Assembly (NCBI RefSeq): GCF_044704955.1
Contig: NC_091977.1
Location: 38,564,001-38,628,000 of the forward strand
Direction of reading: 5' to 3'
Length of the DNA: 64,000 nt
From: Pristiophorus japonicus
Taxonomy: Eukaryota
The position numbers and the translations under genes are program-made. The notes beneath the pieces were generated by a model, which searched no databases, was not told the origin of the DNA, and was given only the letters and a program-made list of their open reading frames with translations. Positions 46,623 through 59,532 of this stretch are shown here, piece by piece. Every line of letters starts with the position of its first letter. Positions within the stretch are counted from its first letter, which is position 1.

Positions 46623-48842
46623 GGTTTGATGAGAATGATCAGGAGATTCAAGAACTAATAGACTGCAAGGGCAGGGCATTTCTGAGCCTTAAATAGCAAC
46701 CCAACTCGGGAGCAGCAAAGCAACATTACATATGGCTAAAGACTAAGGTCCAACAAAAAACCCGGGACCTAAAGAACAGGTGGTGGATGGAGAAAGCACA
46801 GGAGATACAGCAGCTGGCCGACAGCCATGATGTGCGAGGATTCTTCACTGCAGTCAAGGCCATATACGGACCAAACTCCCAAGGCCCCACCCCACTCCTG
46901 GCCAAGAACAGGGAAACACTCATCAAGGCAGTCAGGGCCCACTGGAAGGAACACTTCAAAGATCTCCTCAACCGAGATTCTGCCTTTGACCCGAGTGTTC
47001 TCGACTCCATTCCACAGCATGCTACCCTCCACCACCTCAGTGAGACCCCAACACTGCATGAGGTAGAAAAGGCCATAAGACAGCTAAAAAACAACAAGGC
47101 TACGGGAGCGGATGGAGTCCCTGCTGAGGTACTGAAGTATGGCGGAGGGGCACTACTGGCGCGAATACACGACCTCATCTCTCTCATCTGGAGGGAGGAG
47201 AGCATGCCGGGAGATCTTAAGGATGCAGTGATCGTGACTATCTTTAAAAAAGGGGACAAGTCCGATTGCGGCAACTACAGAGGAATCTCCCTGCTATCAA
47301 CCACTGGGAAAGTCATTGCTAGAGTCCTCCTCAATCGTCTTCTCCCCGTGGCCGAGGAGCTCCTCCCGGAATTGCAGTGCGGATTTCGTCCCCTCTGGGG
47401 CACAACGGACATGATTTTTGCAGCGCGACAGCTGCAGGAAAAATGCAGGGAACAGTGCCAGCCCTTATACATGGCCTTCTTCGACCTTACAAAGGCCTTT
47501 GGCACTGTCAACCGCGAGGGTCTATGGAGCATCCTCCTCCGTTTTGGATGCCCCCAAAAGTACATCACCATACACCACCTGCTCCCCGACGACATGCAAG
47601 CCATGATCCTTACCAACGGATCCATCACAGACCCAATTCATGTCCGGACCGGGGCCAAGCGGGGCTGCATTATCGCCCCAACCCTCTTCTCAATCTTCCT
47701 CGCTGCCATGCTCCACCTCACAGTTGATAAGCTCCCCGCTGGAGTGGAGCTAAATGACAGAACCAGTGGGAAGCTGTTCAACCTTCGCCGTCTCCAGGCC
47801 AGGTCCAAGGCCACTCCAACCTCTGTCGTCGAGCTACAGTACGCGGACGCGCCTGCATCTGTGCACACACACAGAGGCTGAACTCCAGGACATAGTCGAC
47901 GTATTTACCGAGGCGTATGAAAGCATGGGCCTTATGTTAAACATTAGTAAAACAAAGGTCCTACATCAGCCTGTCCTCACTGCACAGCACTGCCCCCAAA
48001 CATCATGATCCATGGTGTAGCCCTGGACAATGTGGACCACTTCCCCTATCTCAGGAGCCTCCTGCCAACAAGAGCAGGCATTGATGATGAGATCCAGCAC
48101 CGCCTCCAGTGCACCAGTGCAGCCTTCGGCCATCTGAGGAAAAGAGTGTTTGAAGATCAGTCCCTCAAAACTGTGACCAAGTTCATGGTCTACAGGGCCA
48201 TAGTAATACCCGCCCTCCTGTATGGCTCAGAGACGTGGACCATGTGCAGTAGACACCTTAAATCGCTGGAGAAATACCACCAGCGATGTCTCCTCAAGAT
48301 CCTGCAAATCCCCTGGGAGGACAGACGCACAAACATTAGCGTCCTCGTCCATGCCAACATCCCCAGCATTGAAGCACTGACCACACTTGATCAGCTCCGC
48401 TGGGCAGGCCACGTAGCTCGCATGCCAGACACGAGACTCCCAAAGCAAGCGCTCTGCTCTTAACTCGTCCACGGCAAACGAGCCAAAGGCGGGCAGAGGA
48501 AACGTTACAAGGACACCATCAAAGCCTCCCTGATAAAGTGCAACATCCCCACTGACACCTGGGAATCCTTGGCCATAGACCGCCCTTAGTGGAGGAAGTG
48601 TATTCGGTGGGGCGCTGAGCTCCTCAAGTATCGTCACTGAGAACATGCAGAAATCAAGTGCAGGCAGCGGAAGGAGCATGCGGCAAACCAGGCTTCCTGC
48701 CCACCCTTTCCCTCAACGACTATTTGTCCCACCTGTGACAGAAACTGGTTCTCGTATTGGACTGTACAGCCACCTAAGAATTCATGCTAAGAGTGGAAGC
48801 AAGTCTTCCTCCATCCTGACGGACTGCCTATGATGATGATGA
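46623..48842 (+). mobile_element. RTE-clade LINE, 5'-truncated, RT and C-terminal domain, disrupted
   Basis: Starts at WFDEND; KGDKSDCGNYRGISLLS, QCGFR, FFDLTKAF.TV, GCIIAPTLF, LQYAD, FPYL.S, LLYGSETW, LRWAGHV.RM; terminal CPTC zinc-knuckle remnant; (GAT)n tail. Confidence 0.95.
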
Positions 48843-49194
48843 GGTCTTATGTTCTCACATATCTTCTAATTTGGAAAATCTAGCATTATTGTCCTTGTGT
48901 AGTGCACTTTCTTTCTATGTTTGGTGGAAAGCAAGATCCAAACCACAAAATAATGGTCTTACGAACACCTAAGAGTACTTAGTGGAAGGATTTTACTGTT
49001 GTGGTACTGGGCTAGTTAGATACACATGCTAAAAATGACAAATAAGGAGCATCCCCAATTGGACGATGAAAGATAAGTTGTGACCATCAGGATAAATATC
49101 AGTGGGAAGAGGCCAGCCTGAAAATCACAATTGATGTTCTCTTGATTGTTCACTGCTGAGGTCTACACACCAGAAAGGACACAGGTTCAATCAG

Positions 49195-49753
49195 TGCTGC
49201 GTAAAGTTTTGGTCTCCGTATTTAAGGAAGGATATACTTGCATTGGAGGATGTTCAGAGAAGGTTCATTAGGTTGATTCCGGAGCTGAGGGGGCTGACTT
49301 ATGAGGATAGGTTGAGAAGGTTGGGCCTACACATATTGGAGTTCAGAAGAATGAAAGATGATCTTATTGAAACGTGTAAGATGATGAGGGGGCGCGACAA
49401 GGTGGATGTAGAGAGGATATTTCCACTCATAGAGGGAAACTAAAACTCGGAGACATAGTCTCAGAATAAGGGGCCACCCATTTAAAACTGAGATGAGGAG
49501 GAATTTCTTCCCTCAGAGGGTTGTAAATCTATGGAATTCTCTGCCCCAGAGAGCTGTGGAGGCTGGGTCATTGAATATATTTAAGGCAGAGATAGACAGA
49601 TTTTTTAGCGATAAGAGAGTGAAAGGTTATGGGGAGCGGGCAGGGAAGTGGAGCTGAGTCCATGATCAGATCAGCCATGAACTTATTGAATGGCAGAGCA
49701 GGCTCATGGGGCCAAATGGCCTACTCCTGCTCCTATTTCTTAAGTTCTTATGT
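49195..49753 (+). mobile_element. CR1 3' fragment, (TTCTTATG)n subfamily
   Basis: VQRRF.RLIP..GLTYEDRL..EFRRM; 3' UTR like the reverse complement of 35689-36200. Confidence 0.9.
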
Positions 49754-51983
49754 GCCCACGTGGCTGTACCTTAGCAAATATCAGTACCTTCAAAAGAAAT
49801 GGGGATGGAGATGAAAGCTAAGATCACAAAAGTAAATTCAAAGAAGTATTTTTCTACTATGTTGAACAAGGGGGTGGAACTGTTTTTTTTGGACATAGTG
49901 GCTGTTTTATCTCACCAGTGGAAATGTAATTTTTAGAAACATTTCTATTGGTCCCTTTTCGCATAAGCAGAGTTTTTCTTAGTCTGTAACATTATGGCAG
50001 ACTGCAAGCACGGTCATGAATTCAACTCGTTCAGTACATCTAAGACGTCCCAGCATAACTCAATGATTTGGGACAAGATAGATTAGCACAGTGGGAACTT
50101 TGCATTCGGTGACACAGTGGGAATGTCAGTTTAAATTAACTGTCCATTAATGGTGTAAATTGAAGAGTAAACTGCTCTCACTGGTGCTGTACAACTGCAC
50201 CCTTAAGTAAGGGACTTGGGTTTGGAGTGTACAGATAAAATACACTTGAGGGAAGAGAAAAAAGGGCTATAATTATGCAAAGAAAAATGGAACCAGGAAA
50301 GAAAAGGCAAATGAAGGAACATAATGAAATGTAAAATAAAGTCAGTAACTGAAAGATACAGAACTCTGGAAAAGACATGTTTCAAAAAAACAGAATTTAT
50401 ATGCATTAAGAACGTGTTGGAGGAGAGCTGTGGGGAAATAGTATAAAAACCACATTGCCGGGAGAGAAAATATAGCAAAATAGGGAGAAGCACAGGTAGA
50501 TTTTTAATATGCCACCTTGTCATAAAACTGGCGTTGTGGATCAACTGCCCGTGATAGAAACCACAGTGACAGTTTTACACCTGGGTGGTGAGTTGAAATT
50601 CTGTCCTGTAATGTAATTCAAATGGGAAACAAGCTAAGAGAAATATGAATAAATGAACCCAGAGGGAAAGCAGGTGGACCTATCCTTCAGCAGCCTTCAA
50701 GAAAAAATTAAAGCAATGAGCTAGAATCTACTGTGGTCGGGCATCTAACGCCATCTGCTGTTAGTTACACTTGCCCTTGCGCGTTTAGGTTTTTAAATTT
50801 GTTGCGTGGCAAGTCAGTGAAAGTCTGAGCTGACACCGTCACAGTGAGGGAAACCAAACATCTGGGATCTGAGTGACCAGAACAAGCAACTGTGTATCTC
50901 CTTAACCAATCAGATTGAAGCATTAAATTAGGTACAGAAACAGAAATAAAGAGAGGGAAAGAAAGATTGGATTAAGAGAGAGAAAAGAAACAAAGAGGAA
51001 AAGGAAAAAAATATATATTTTAAATTTTACATTTTTAACATCAACAACAACAATTAAAACCTGAAGGAATGAGACTCCACGGATGTAACAGTTAATAATC
51101 GGTACCAGAGAGATTGACTGGCAGTAATTAACACCTATCACGTTGTTAAAATGGTACTTACACTGAAATGGACAAGACTTAACTTTCTCTGATGAGTTTT
51201 GTTTGTATCTACTGCACAAATACCACTTCACACCATTCAATGCATTTTTGTGAAGCTAACAGCAGAGCAGTGCAACTCAGGCATTTTGTCAAAGTGAACC
51301 GAATATAAATATCTACTTTGAATATCGCTTTTTATAAATATAGTAGGATCGAAAATTCTGGGATCCATCAGCATATTCCACTCCACCGCTGACCTCTGCC
51401 ACAGACCTCAGCAGTGCATCTGCAGTCAGGCCGGGGCCAACTATTCCCAATATTTCCTGTAGGCACCCATACTAGAATGGCTGTACCTTGGACACCTTCG
51501 AGAAAAGGGAGTGGAAGATTCTACATTGGCGAGCCGCTCAGCATGGCTTGAAAAATGTTCGCGATCGATCCCTGTATAAGAGGGCCAATTTAACCTGTTG
51601 TAGCGAGCAGTCTTTGGAGGTGCCCTTGACTGTACCTAGGCCTGGTCACACCAGTGGGTACCACTTGACTCCCTGTACAGTTTTGATCACTGGGGTGGTC
51701 ATGAAGCAGAAGCTGCAGGAATTCTAGCAGGGGGGAATCCATCCCGCCAGCACAACTTCCTCCTGAGCTTCTCTGGGGCAGACAGAACTTCCCTCCCCCC
51801 AGCAGGAATCTCGCTTTGTGCGTCTTGGGCGTTTCTGGGCGCTGCCTGACTTTCCGCTCTGGTTGGGCTTTTCCTGATCCCATTATTCCCGCATTGTGCC
51901 CAAGCCCGAGAAGATTCAGAGCCAAGATGTGCTACCATCTGTTCAATGCAGAGTCAAGAACAAAAAAACCAAACTATCCCTAT

Positions 51984-52611
51984 GGGGTGGAAAGTCAGTT
52001 TGAGGCTAATTAGGCCGTTCAAGGTGGCGGGACGGTAAATTTAGCGCCGGGAAATGGTTTGCGTCTGCAGACACAAAATTCATCAGCTGGGCTCTGAGTG
52101 TGGGGCGGAGCGCGAAGGGAGGCGTTCCACACCTCTCTTAGGGCACTGGGCCAGCTGAGCAACTGAAAATACCAAGCTAAAGAGCTGTCCTGAGAAAGAC
52201 TTCCGTGGAAACCAAAATTGCCCCAAAAACACAAAAAAAAAACATTTCCAATACCTTGCTCATCCCACCTAAACATAAATCGCAAAAAGAAAAAAAAAGA
52301 AAAACAATTTCACTTACTTAATGTAGTCATTCCTTCTCTCTCCACTGCCGGAACAACTCAGACCGCCCGCTTTCCCAGGCAGTCCCATGAGGGCGCGCTA
52401 CGGGTACTGCTGCAGACAAATTTCAGAATGGTTTCGCAAACAGGGGCGTTGCACACCGGCTGGACTCTCCCGGGCGGTATTGCTCCGTGCCGCCAGCACC
52501 GGCACACTGAATTTGCCGAGCGCCGTGAATGCCGGCGCTCACGGCTCAGACCCCTTTAGCGCCCCTGTTCCGACCCTTTCCAGGAGCGCTAAGCCGCCGG
52601 ATTTCTACCCC
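51984..52611 (+). mobile_element. PIF/Harbinger-like MITE (family of 16743-17346)
   Basis: TIR GGGGTGGAAA / TTTCTACCCC; colinear with the 16.7-kb copy, including the A-rich central tract. Confidence 0.75.
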
Positions 52612-52677
52612 ATTGTGTTTAATTTTCTGCTTTCCACTTGTTTTCCAACCTTGGATGAGCGATGCCAGTGTGTTAGG

Positions 52678-53032
52678 GTCACAGAATCATACAGCACAGA
52701 AGGAGGCCATTCAGCTCATCGTGCCTGTGCTGGCTCTTTGAAGGAGCTATCCAGTTAGTCCCACACCCCTGCAAACTTTTCCTTTACAAGTGGAAATCCA
52801 TATCTCTGTGAAAGTTGCGATTGAATATGCTTCCAACGACCTTTCAGGCAGTGTATTCCAGATCATAACTCACTGTGTAAACAAATTCTCTTCATCTCCC
52901 CCCTGGTTCCTTAAATCTGTGTCCTCTGGAAACAGTTCTACAGTTCTCCCTATCCACTTTGTCAAAACCCATCTTAATTTTGAACGCCTCTATTAAATCT
53001 CTATGTAACCTTCTATGCTCTAAGGAGAACAC
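52678..53032 (-). mobile_element. Older CR1 3' end
   Basis: cacagaatcatacagcacagaaggaggccattc..; ttctatgctctaaggagaac is the reverse of an FSLE.RR coding remnant. Confidence 0.7.
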
Positions 53033-53772
53033 AAGCATTTGAACAAATGAAAACTGAAGGCAATAGTAGTGCTTCTCTCTAGATTTGAGCAGGGTTTTTC
53101 ATTGCTCCATGAGTTTTGTGAACTCTGCTTAAAGAGTTTTGGCTTAAAAGAAATCTCAACTAGCTATCAGTCCATTGAATAAAATGGAATTATTTATTTA
53201 TAGGTGAGAAATGGATTGCTTTCTTTATTAAGGTACTGCTCTGCAATATCACAGCAATAATATAACTGGAGGGCACAAAGCACGACCAAAGGTCTGATGT
53301 TTCACTTTTCAAATTTATGCCTCAAGTATAGTAAGGGTCATAAAAGCGAGTGAGTATTTAGCAGCTGCGCACATCTCATCTCAAATTGTGTTTATGTCAT
53401 CATTCCACTTCTTCTCTTATGTGCTTCATTGATTTGCAGTCACTATTGAACTATTTTTAGTGCTCTGTGACTGACATAATCAGCAACATTCGATTGACTC
53501 TGTGTTTTCTGTCTGTTAAAAAGGGGAAAAAGAACGAGCGGGGTAGTGGCATATTGCAACATTGCACCATGGGATAATGGCCGGTTCATCTCAATGTCTT
53601 CCCATTTGACAAATTCCCAATCCTAGCTAATGCTTCTCTAAGAAAGCAGTTGTCCCACAGGGAGGAAGGGTTAATGGTTATCCCCTCCCTTCTATTGTCG
53701 GCTTCTTCTGTATATTTCCTAGTATTGGACTGAAGTACCACTGGCTCAGGCAACCCAACCTGGCTTTGCTCA

Positions 53773-54260
53773 GGGGTTGAATTTTCACGTGGATTCTGCC
53801 AATCTTCCGATGTAACTTTTTTGGAAGATCCACGGAAACCCTACCGTGGACTGAACAACCAGCATCAGTGGATGGGAAGATTCATGTGAGGCCGGGCAGA
53901 CCAATCGCGGTCCTCCTTGACCTCCTTCTTTGGAGCCATTCGTGGAGCAGCCTGCAGCTTTAAAGACCATTGGTGAGGCCACCGTTCTATGTCTAGTACC
54001 ATTGGATGGAGCACGCTCTGACCTTTGGTACATGAAAAATTGCATCCGAGTCCAACAAATGGCGTAGGACCTCAATTTAAATATTTGAATAAGGCTCCCG
54101 CCTGCATTGGGCTGGTGCGATGACCTCCCATTCGGAGAACTGTTCGAAAATTGAGTCGGGGCAGTCCTCGGTGAGCTGTCAAAAGAAAACTTGTCTACCG
54201 ACTACCCTAATTCTCTGATCCAATGGGGCGGGGGGGGGGGGGCAGACAAAAATCACCTCC
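53773..54260. mobile_element. Probable PIF/Harbinger-like MITE
   Basis: GGGGTTGAATTTT ... AAAAATCACCTCC termini; GC-richer than the flanks. Confidence 0.5.
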
Positions 54261-54399
54261 GTGGATATGAAGTTGACTAAAGGACCGAAAAGGGAGAAGT
54301 GGTTAATGGAATCCGGTATACTGGGCAAAATGTCCAAATTTGAAGATGACACAATAGCTTACATTGAGACAGCGCTGTTAACATAGAATAATATCCCAA

Positions 54400-55170
54400 T
54401 TCACTTCACAGGAGTGTGAGGGGAAAAACGCAAGAGGCTGAGCCAGCGAAAGAGACATTCAGAGGTGTAACCAAAGGCTTGGTCAAAGAAGAGCGTTTAA
54501 AGGAATGTCTCAAAGAAGGAGAGGGAGGAGCAGAGGCAGAGCTGTTTAGGGAGGGAATTCCAGAGCAAGGGAGCCCTGGCAGATGAAAGCACGGCTGCCT
54601 GTGGTGGGATGCAGAGAAGAGGGTGCATAAGCGATTGGATTCAGCGACACAGAGCGTGAGGAATCGCTCCACCATTGGCGGCCGTGCCATCAGCTGCCTC
54701 GACCCTAAGCTCTGGAATTCCCTCCCTAAACCACTCCACCTCGCTACTTCTCCCACCTCCTTTAAGATGCTGCTTAATATCTCTTTGACCAAGCTTTTGT
54801 TCACCAGTCCTCATACCTCCTTATGCAGCGCAGTGTCAAATTGTGTTTGATCACCCTCCTGTGAAGGGCCTTGGGATATTTTACTCTGGTAAAGGTGCTA
54901 TATAAAGGCAAGTTGTTGCTGTAGGGCAGAGATATCAAAGTGCAAGACCACAAAGGGATTGAAACAACAGGATGAGAATTTTAAAATTTGAGACAATGGA
55001 GGGAATGGAGACACTGTAGGTCAGCAAGAAGGACGGGGATGATTGGCAAGCAGAACCTGATGCAAGATAGGATATGGCCAGCAAAGTATTGATAAGCTGA
55101 GGTTTCTGGAAGATGGAGGGTGAAACATGTCAGACCAGCCAGGAGAGCATTGGAGTCATTAAAGCAGTTT
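54400..55170. mobile_element. L2-clade fragments: minus-strand copy interrupted by a plus-strand 3' end (54660-54925)
   Basis: 54470-54600 is the reverse complement of 54680-54800 (ctctggaattccctccctaaac; tctttgaccaagc); ORF 54623-54850 reads STIGGRA.S...PKLWNSLP; minus-strand homology resumes after 54960. Confidence 0.7.
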
Positions 55171-55177
55171 AGCATGG

Positions 55178-55596
55178 CCTGACACGAGACTCCCAAAGCA
55201 AGTGCTCTACATGAAGCTTCAACCCGGCAAGCGAGCCCCAGGTGGGCAGAGGAAATGCTTCAAGTACACCCTCAAAGCCTCCTTGAGAAAGTGCGACAGC
55301 CCCACCAACTCCTGGGAATCCCTGGCCCACGACCGCCCAAAGTGGAAGAAGAGCATCCAGGAGGGCGCTGAGCACCTCGGGTCCCATCGCCGAGAACAAG
55401 CAGAAACCAAGAGTAGACAGCGGAAGGAGCGTGCGTCAACCCAGGCTCCCCGACCACCCTTTCCTTCAACCACTGTCTGCCCCACCTGTGACAGAGACTG
55501 TCGGTCCCGCAATGGACTCCTCAGTCACCTGAGAACTCACTTTTAGAGTGGAAGCAAGTCATCCTCGACTTTGAGGAACTGCCGATGATGATGATT
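55178..55596 (+). mobile_element. RTE LINE 3' fragment
   Basis: GKRAPGGQRK.FK.TLKASL..WESLAHDR.KW..CPTCDRDCRSRNGLLSHLRTH; (GAT)n tail; colinear with 48425-48842. Confidence 0.92.
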
Positions 55597-55619
55597 AGCA
55601 TGGCTAACTGTGATGAGGA

Positions 55620-57850
55620 CTTTTCCGTGACTTCAGGAGGATATAGGTTAATAGATTGGGCAGAGAAATAAAATATAATGTGGGGGATATATGAGGTCAT
55701 ACATTTTGGGATAAATAATACGGAAAGGACCTACACATTAATTTTAAAATTTTAAATGAAGTAGAGGAAGAGAGAGACTGAGTGGTTCAGATACAGAAGC
55801 ATTTAGAAGTAGGAGGACAAGTTGATAAAGTTGTAACAAAAAACAGATGGAAAAACAGATGGGATCTTAGGTTTATAAATATGGGCCTACTATACAAATG
55901 CAAAGAGGTAATGTTGAACCTATATATATCATTGGTTAGACTGCAGTTGGGAAATGGTCTCATGTATTGCCCGCCCTTCTTTAGGATAGATATCAAGGTC
56001 ATGCAGAGGGTGAAGAAGCAATACGAGGATACCATGGTTGAGAGGCTTTAGTTATGAGGAGATTAGAGAAATGGAGGCTCTTTTCATTAGAACAAAGAAG
56101 GTTAAGAGGAATATTGATGTTCAGAAACATAGAAACATAGAAAATAGGTGCAGGAGAAAGCCATTCGGTCCTTCGAACCTGCACCACCATTCAATAAGAT
56201 CATGTCTGATCATTCACCTCAGTAGCCCTTTCCTGCTTTCTCTCCATACCCCTTGATCCCTTTAGCCGTAAAGGCCATATCTAAATCCCTCTTGAATATA
56301 TCCAATGAACTGGCATCAACAACTCTCTGCGGTAGGGAATTCCACAGGTTAACAACTCTCTGAGTGAAGAAGTTTCTGCTCATCTCAGCCCAAAATGGCC
56401 TACTCCGTATCCTAAGACTTTGTCCCCTGGTTCTGGACTTCCCCAACATCGGGAACATTCTTCCCGCATCTAACTGTCCCGTTCTGTCAGAATCTTATAC
56501 ATTTCTATGAGATCCCCTCTCATCCTTCTAAACTCCAGTGTATTAAGACCCAGTTGATCCAGTCTTATCTCATATGTCAGTTCAGCCATCCCTGGAATCA
56601 GTCTGGTGAACCTTCGCTGCACTCCCTTAATAGCAAGAACGTCCTTCCTCAGATTAGGAGACCAAAACTGAACACACTATTCCAGGTGATGCCTCACCAA
56701 GGCCCTGTACAATTGCAGTAAGACCTCCCTGCTCCTCTCCTCAAATCCCCGAGCTATGAAGGCCAACATGCCATTTGCCTTCTTCACTGCCTGCTGTACC
56801 TGCATGCCCACTTTCAAAGACTGATGAACCATGACACCCAGGTCCCTTTGCACCTCCCCTTTTCCTAATCTGCCACCATTCAGATAATATTCTGCCTTTG
56901 TGTTATTTCCACCAAAGTGGATAACCTCACATTTATCCACATTATACTGCATCTGCCATGTATTTGCCCACTCACCCAACCTGTCCAAATCACCCTGCAG
57001 CCTCTTAGCATCCTCCTCACAGCTCACACTGCCACCCAGTTTAGTGTCATCTGCAAACTTGGAGATATTACACTCAATTCCTTCATCAAAATCATTAATG
57101 TATATTGTAAAGAGCTGGGGTCCCAGCACTGAGCCCTGTGGCACCCCACTAGTCACTGGCTCCCATTCCGAAAAGGACCCATTTATCCCGACTCTCTGCT
57201 TCTCTATCCACGCCAGTACATTACCCCCAATACCATGTGCTTTGATTTTGCACACCAATCTCTTATGTGGGACCTTGTCAAAGGCCTTTTGAAAGTCCAA
57301 ATACACCACATCCACTGGTTCTCCCTTGTCCACTCCACTAGTTACATCCTCAAAAAATTCCAGAAGATTTGTCAAGCATGATTTCCCTTTTATAAATCCA
57401 TGCTGACTTGGACCGATCCGGTCACTGCTTTCCAAAAGCGCTGCTATTTCATCCTTAGTAATTGATTCCAACATTTTCTGCACTACTGATGTCAGGCTAA
57501 TGTCAGAATGATGAGGTAATTAATGAGCGACAAGAGTGTGAAAAATAATTTCCTCCAGCCAGTGTGTCAGCAAGCAGAGGGCAGAAATTTAAGATTCGAA
57601 ACAAAAGAGTGGTTAGGATGATTTGTTTTTACACAGAAGGTTCTTGCAACATGAAAGGCCCCACCAGAAATATTGGTGGCAGCAGAATCCATAAAAGCTT
57701 TTAAAAGGGATGTGGATACAGATTTGGAAAAGAAAAGGTTGAAATGTGCAAGGAAAGTGCAGGGGAATGGGAGTCATGGATAGCTTTTTCAGAGAATCAG
57801 CACGGGCATGTTGGGCTGAATGGCTTCTTTTTAGCGATTTTATGATCCTG
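55620..57850 (+). mobile_element. Old CR1 (55620-56121 and 57501-57850) interrupted by a younger minus-strand CR1
   Basis: EVIHFG..N, LY.SLVR.QL and SYEE remnants before the insertion; RGQKFKI..FFTQ.V and 3' UTR remnants after it. Confidence 0.65.
56122..57500 (-). mobile_element. CR1 LINE 3' portion, (TTTCTATG)n subfamily
   Basis: Minus-strand ORFs 56677-57483 and 56219-56458; cagaaacatagaaacatagaaaatagg tail; near-duplicated atgt(t)cagaa at both ends. Confidence 0.95.
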
Positions 57851-59107
57851 AAGATTTTGTAGTTTTGTTTAAAAAAACACTCAAGTATTTACTTATTCAC
57901 ACAAGAATATTATGTTTGTATCATTAGAACTATTACATTTGATAGATTAATCCCATCTATCCGCCTCCTTACCAGGCTCATCAATCCCTGCCCTCTCCAG
58001 AGATATCTCTAATTGCCTCACGAGTCTATTTATACTGTTTGCTGCTCTGGTAACATTCCACGAGTCTGTTATCTTCTTGGGTGTAGAAAATCTGGCTACC
58101 TGCGTTCCTTATTCCGAGTGTCCCGCGACCACTCGTATTTCAGTTACTGGAATGTCACAGTGAGACAAACCCTTTTCATCTATTAAATATGATTTTAAAA
58201 AACTGGTTAATGAGTGTGCAAATCAGAAGAATACGCAGTGCCTAATGGATACCTGGGAGCCATTACAAGACAGAAATCTAATCAGGGGAGTTTAGATTCT
58301 AACATATACTGTGAGAACTAATTTCAAGTAGGTTAAAACCCTTCGCTGAACCTGAAGATTATATTGCATGCTTGTTTTATTATTCATAATATTTATGGTT
58401 TCAATTTTATGTGGAAGTTTAAATCTCTTTTCGGTCAGTTTTAGAGCCAGTAGCAGCAGTCTGTGTAAATATTAATTGTCATGTCATATATTGACATTGC
58501 TACTGTAATAATGTGCAGTTAATTACCAGAAAATTCAATGACCAGCATGATATCAGAATAAAAAAAAACATTTCACTGTTCAAATCCTCTGCCTTTAGGT
58601 TACAAAGACTCCTATGGAAAATGAATGTAATTGTAATATCAAAGCTGGGATATTAATTTCATGGAGAACGTTCATGTAGGCTGAGTATGTTGTAGTAGAT
58701 AAGGCCATAATGAAAGGCAGATTGAATCTTTGGCTGGAATTTTCCAGGGTGGTAGCAGGCACGATCGGTGGTGGGCCGGGTAGGAGAATTGTTCATTTTG
58801 ACAGCGGGTCGAGAACCTGCTATCATCCCGCCCTCACGTGCCTTTTTGCCAGGCAGGTCGATCATCGTGAAGCGGACCCGACCGTCAGCAACGAGGGACC
58901 CAATTGAAATCATTATGAGATAGCTTACAGGCAGTTAAGAGCCATTTTACCCATACTTTTCCGTTTCTCTGCATGGCCACGGGATTCACACAGTTCGGAA
59001 CTATGTCTGTCAACCTGAGGCGTGAGTTCTGTGGCCATTGCTCCAGCTGATTACTTGGAATGTTGGAGATGTCATCTTTTGGATGAAATACTAAACTGAG
59101 ACATTAG

Positions 59108-59532
59108 AACCTGGATCTGATGGCTTGCATCCGAGGGTCTTAAAAGAAGTAGCGGCAGGGTTAGTGGATGCATTGGTTGTAATTTACCAAAATTTCCTGG
59201 ATTCTGGGGAGGTCCCAGCAGATTGGAAAACTGCAAATGTAACGCCCCTATTTAACAAAGGAAGCAGACAAAAAGCAAGAAACTATAGATCAGTTAGCCT
59301 AACATCTGTGGTTGGGAAAATGTTGGAGTCCATAATTAAAGAAGCAGTAGCAAGACATTTGGAAAAGCATAATTTGGTGAGGCAGAGTCAGCATGCATTT
59401 ATGAAGGGGAAGTCATGTTTGATAAATTTGTTGGAATTCTTTGAGGATGCAACGAACAGCGTAGATAAAGGGGAACCAGTGGATGTGGTGTAGTTAGACT
59501 TCCAGAAGGCATTTGAAAAGGTGCCATATAAA
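59108..59532 (+). mobile_element. Internal CR1 RT fragment, preceded by a Deu-SINE scrap (~59060-59101)
   Basis: ORF 59125-59493 HPRVLKEVA..DWKTANVTPLF..GKSCL.NLLEFFED. Confidence 0.9.
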
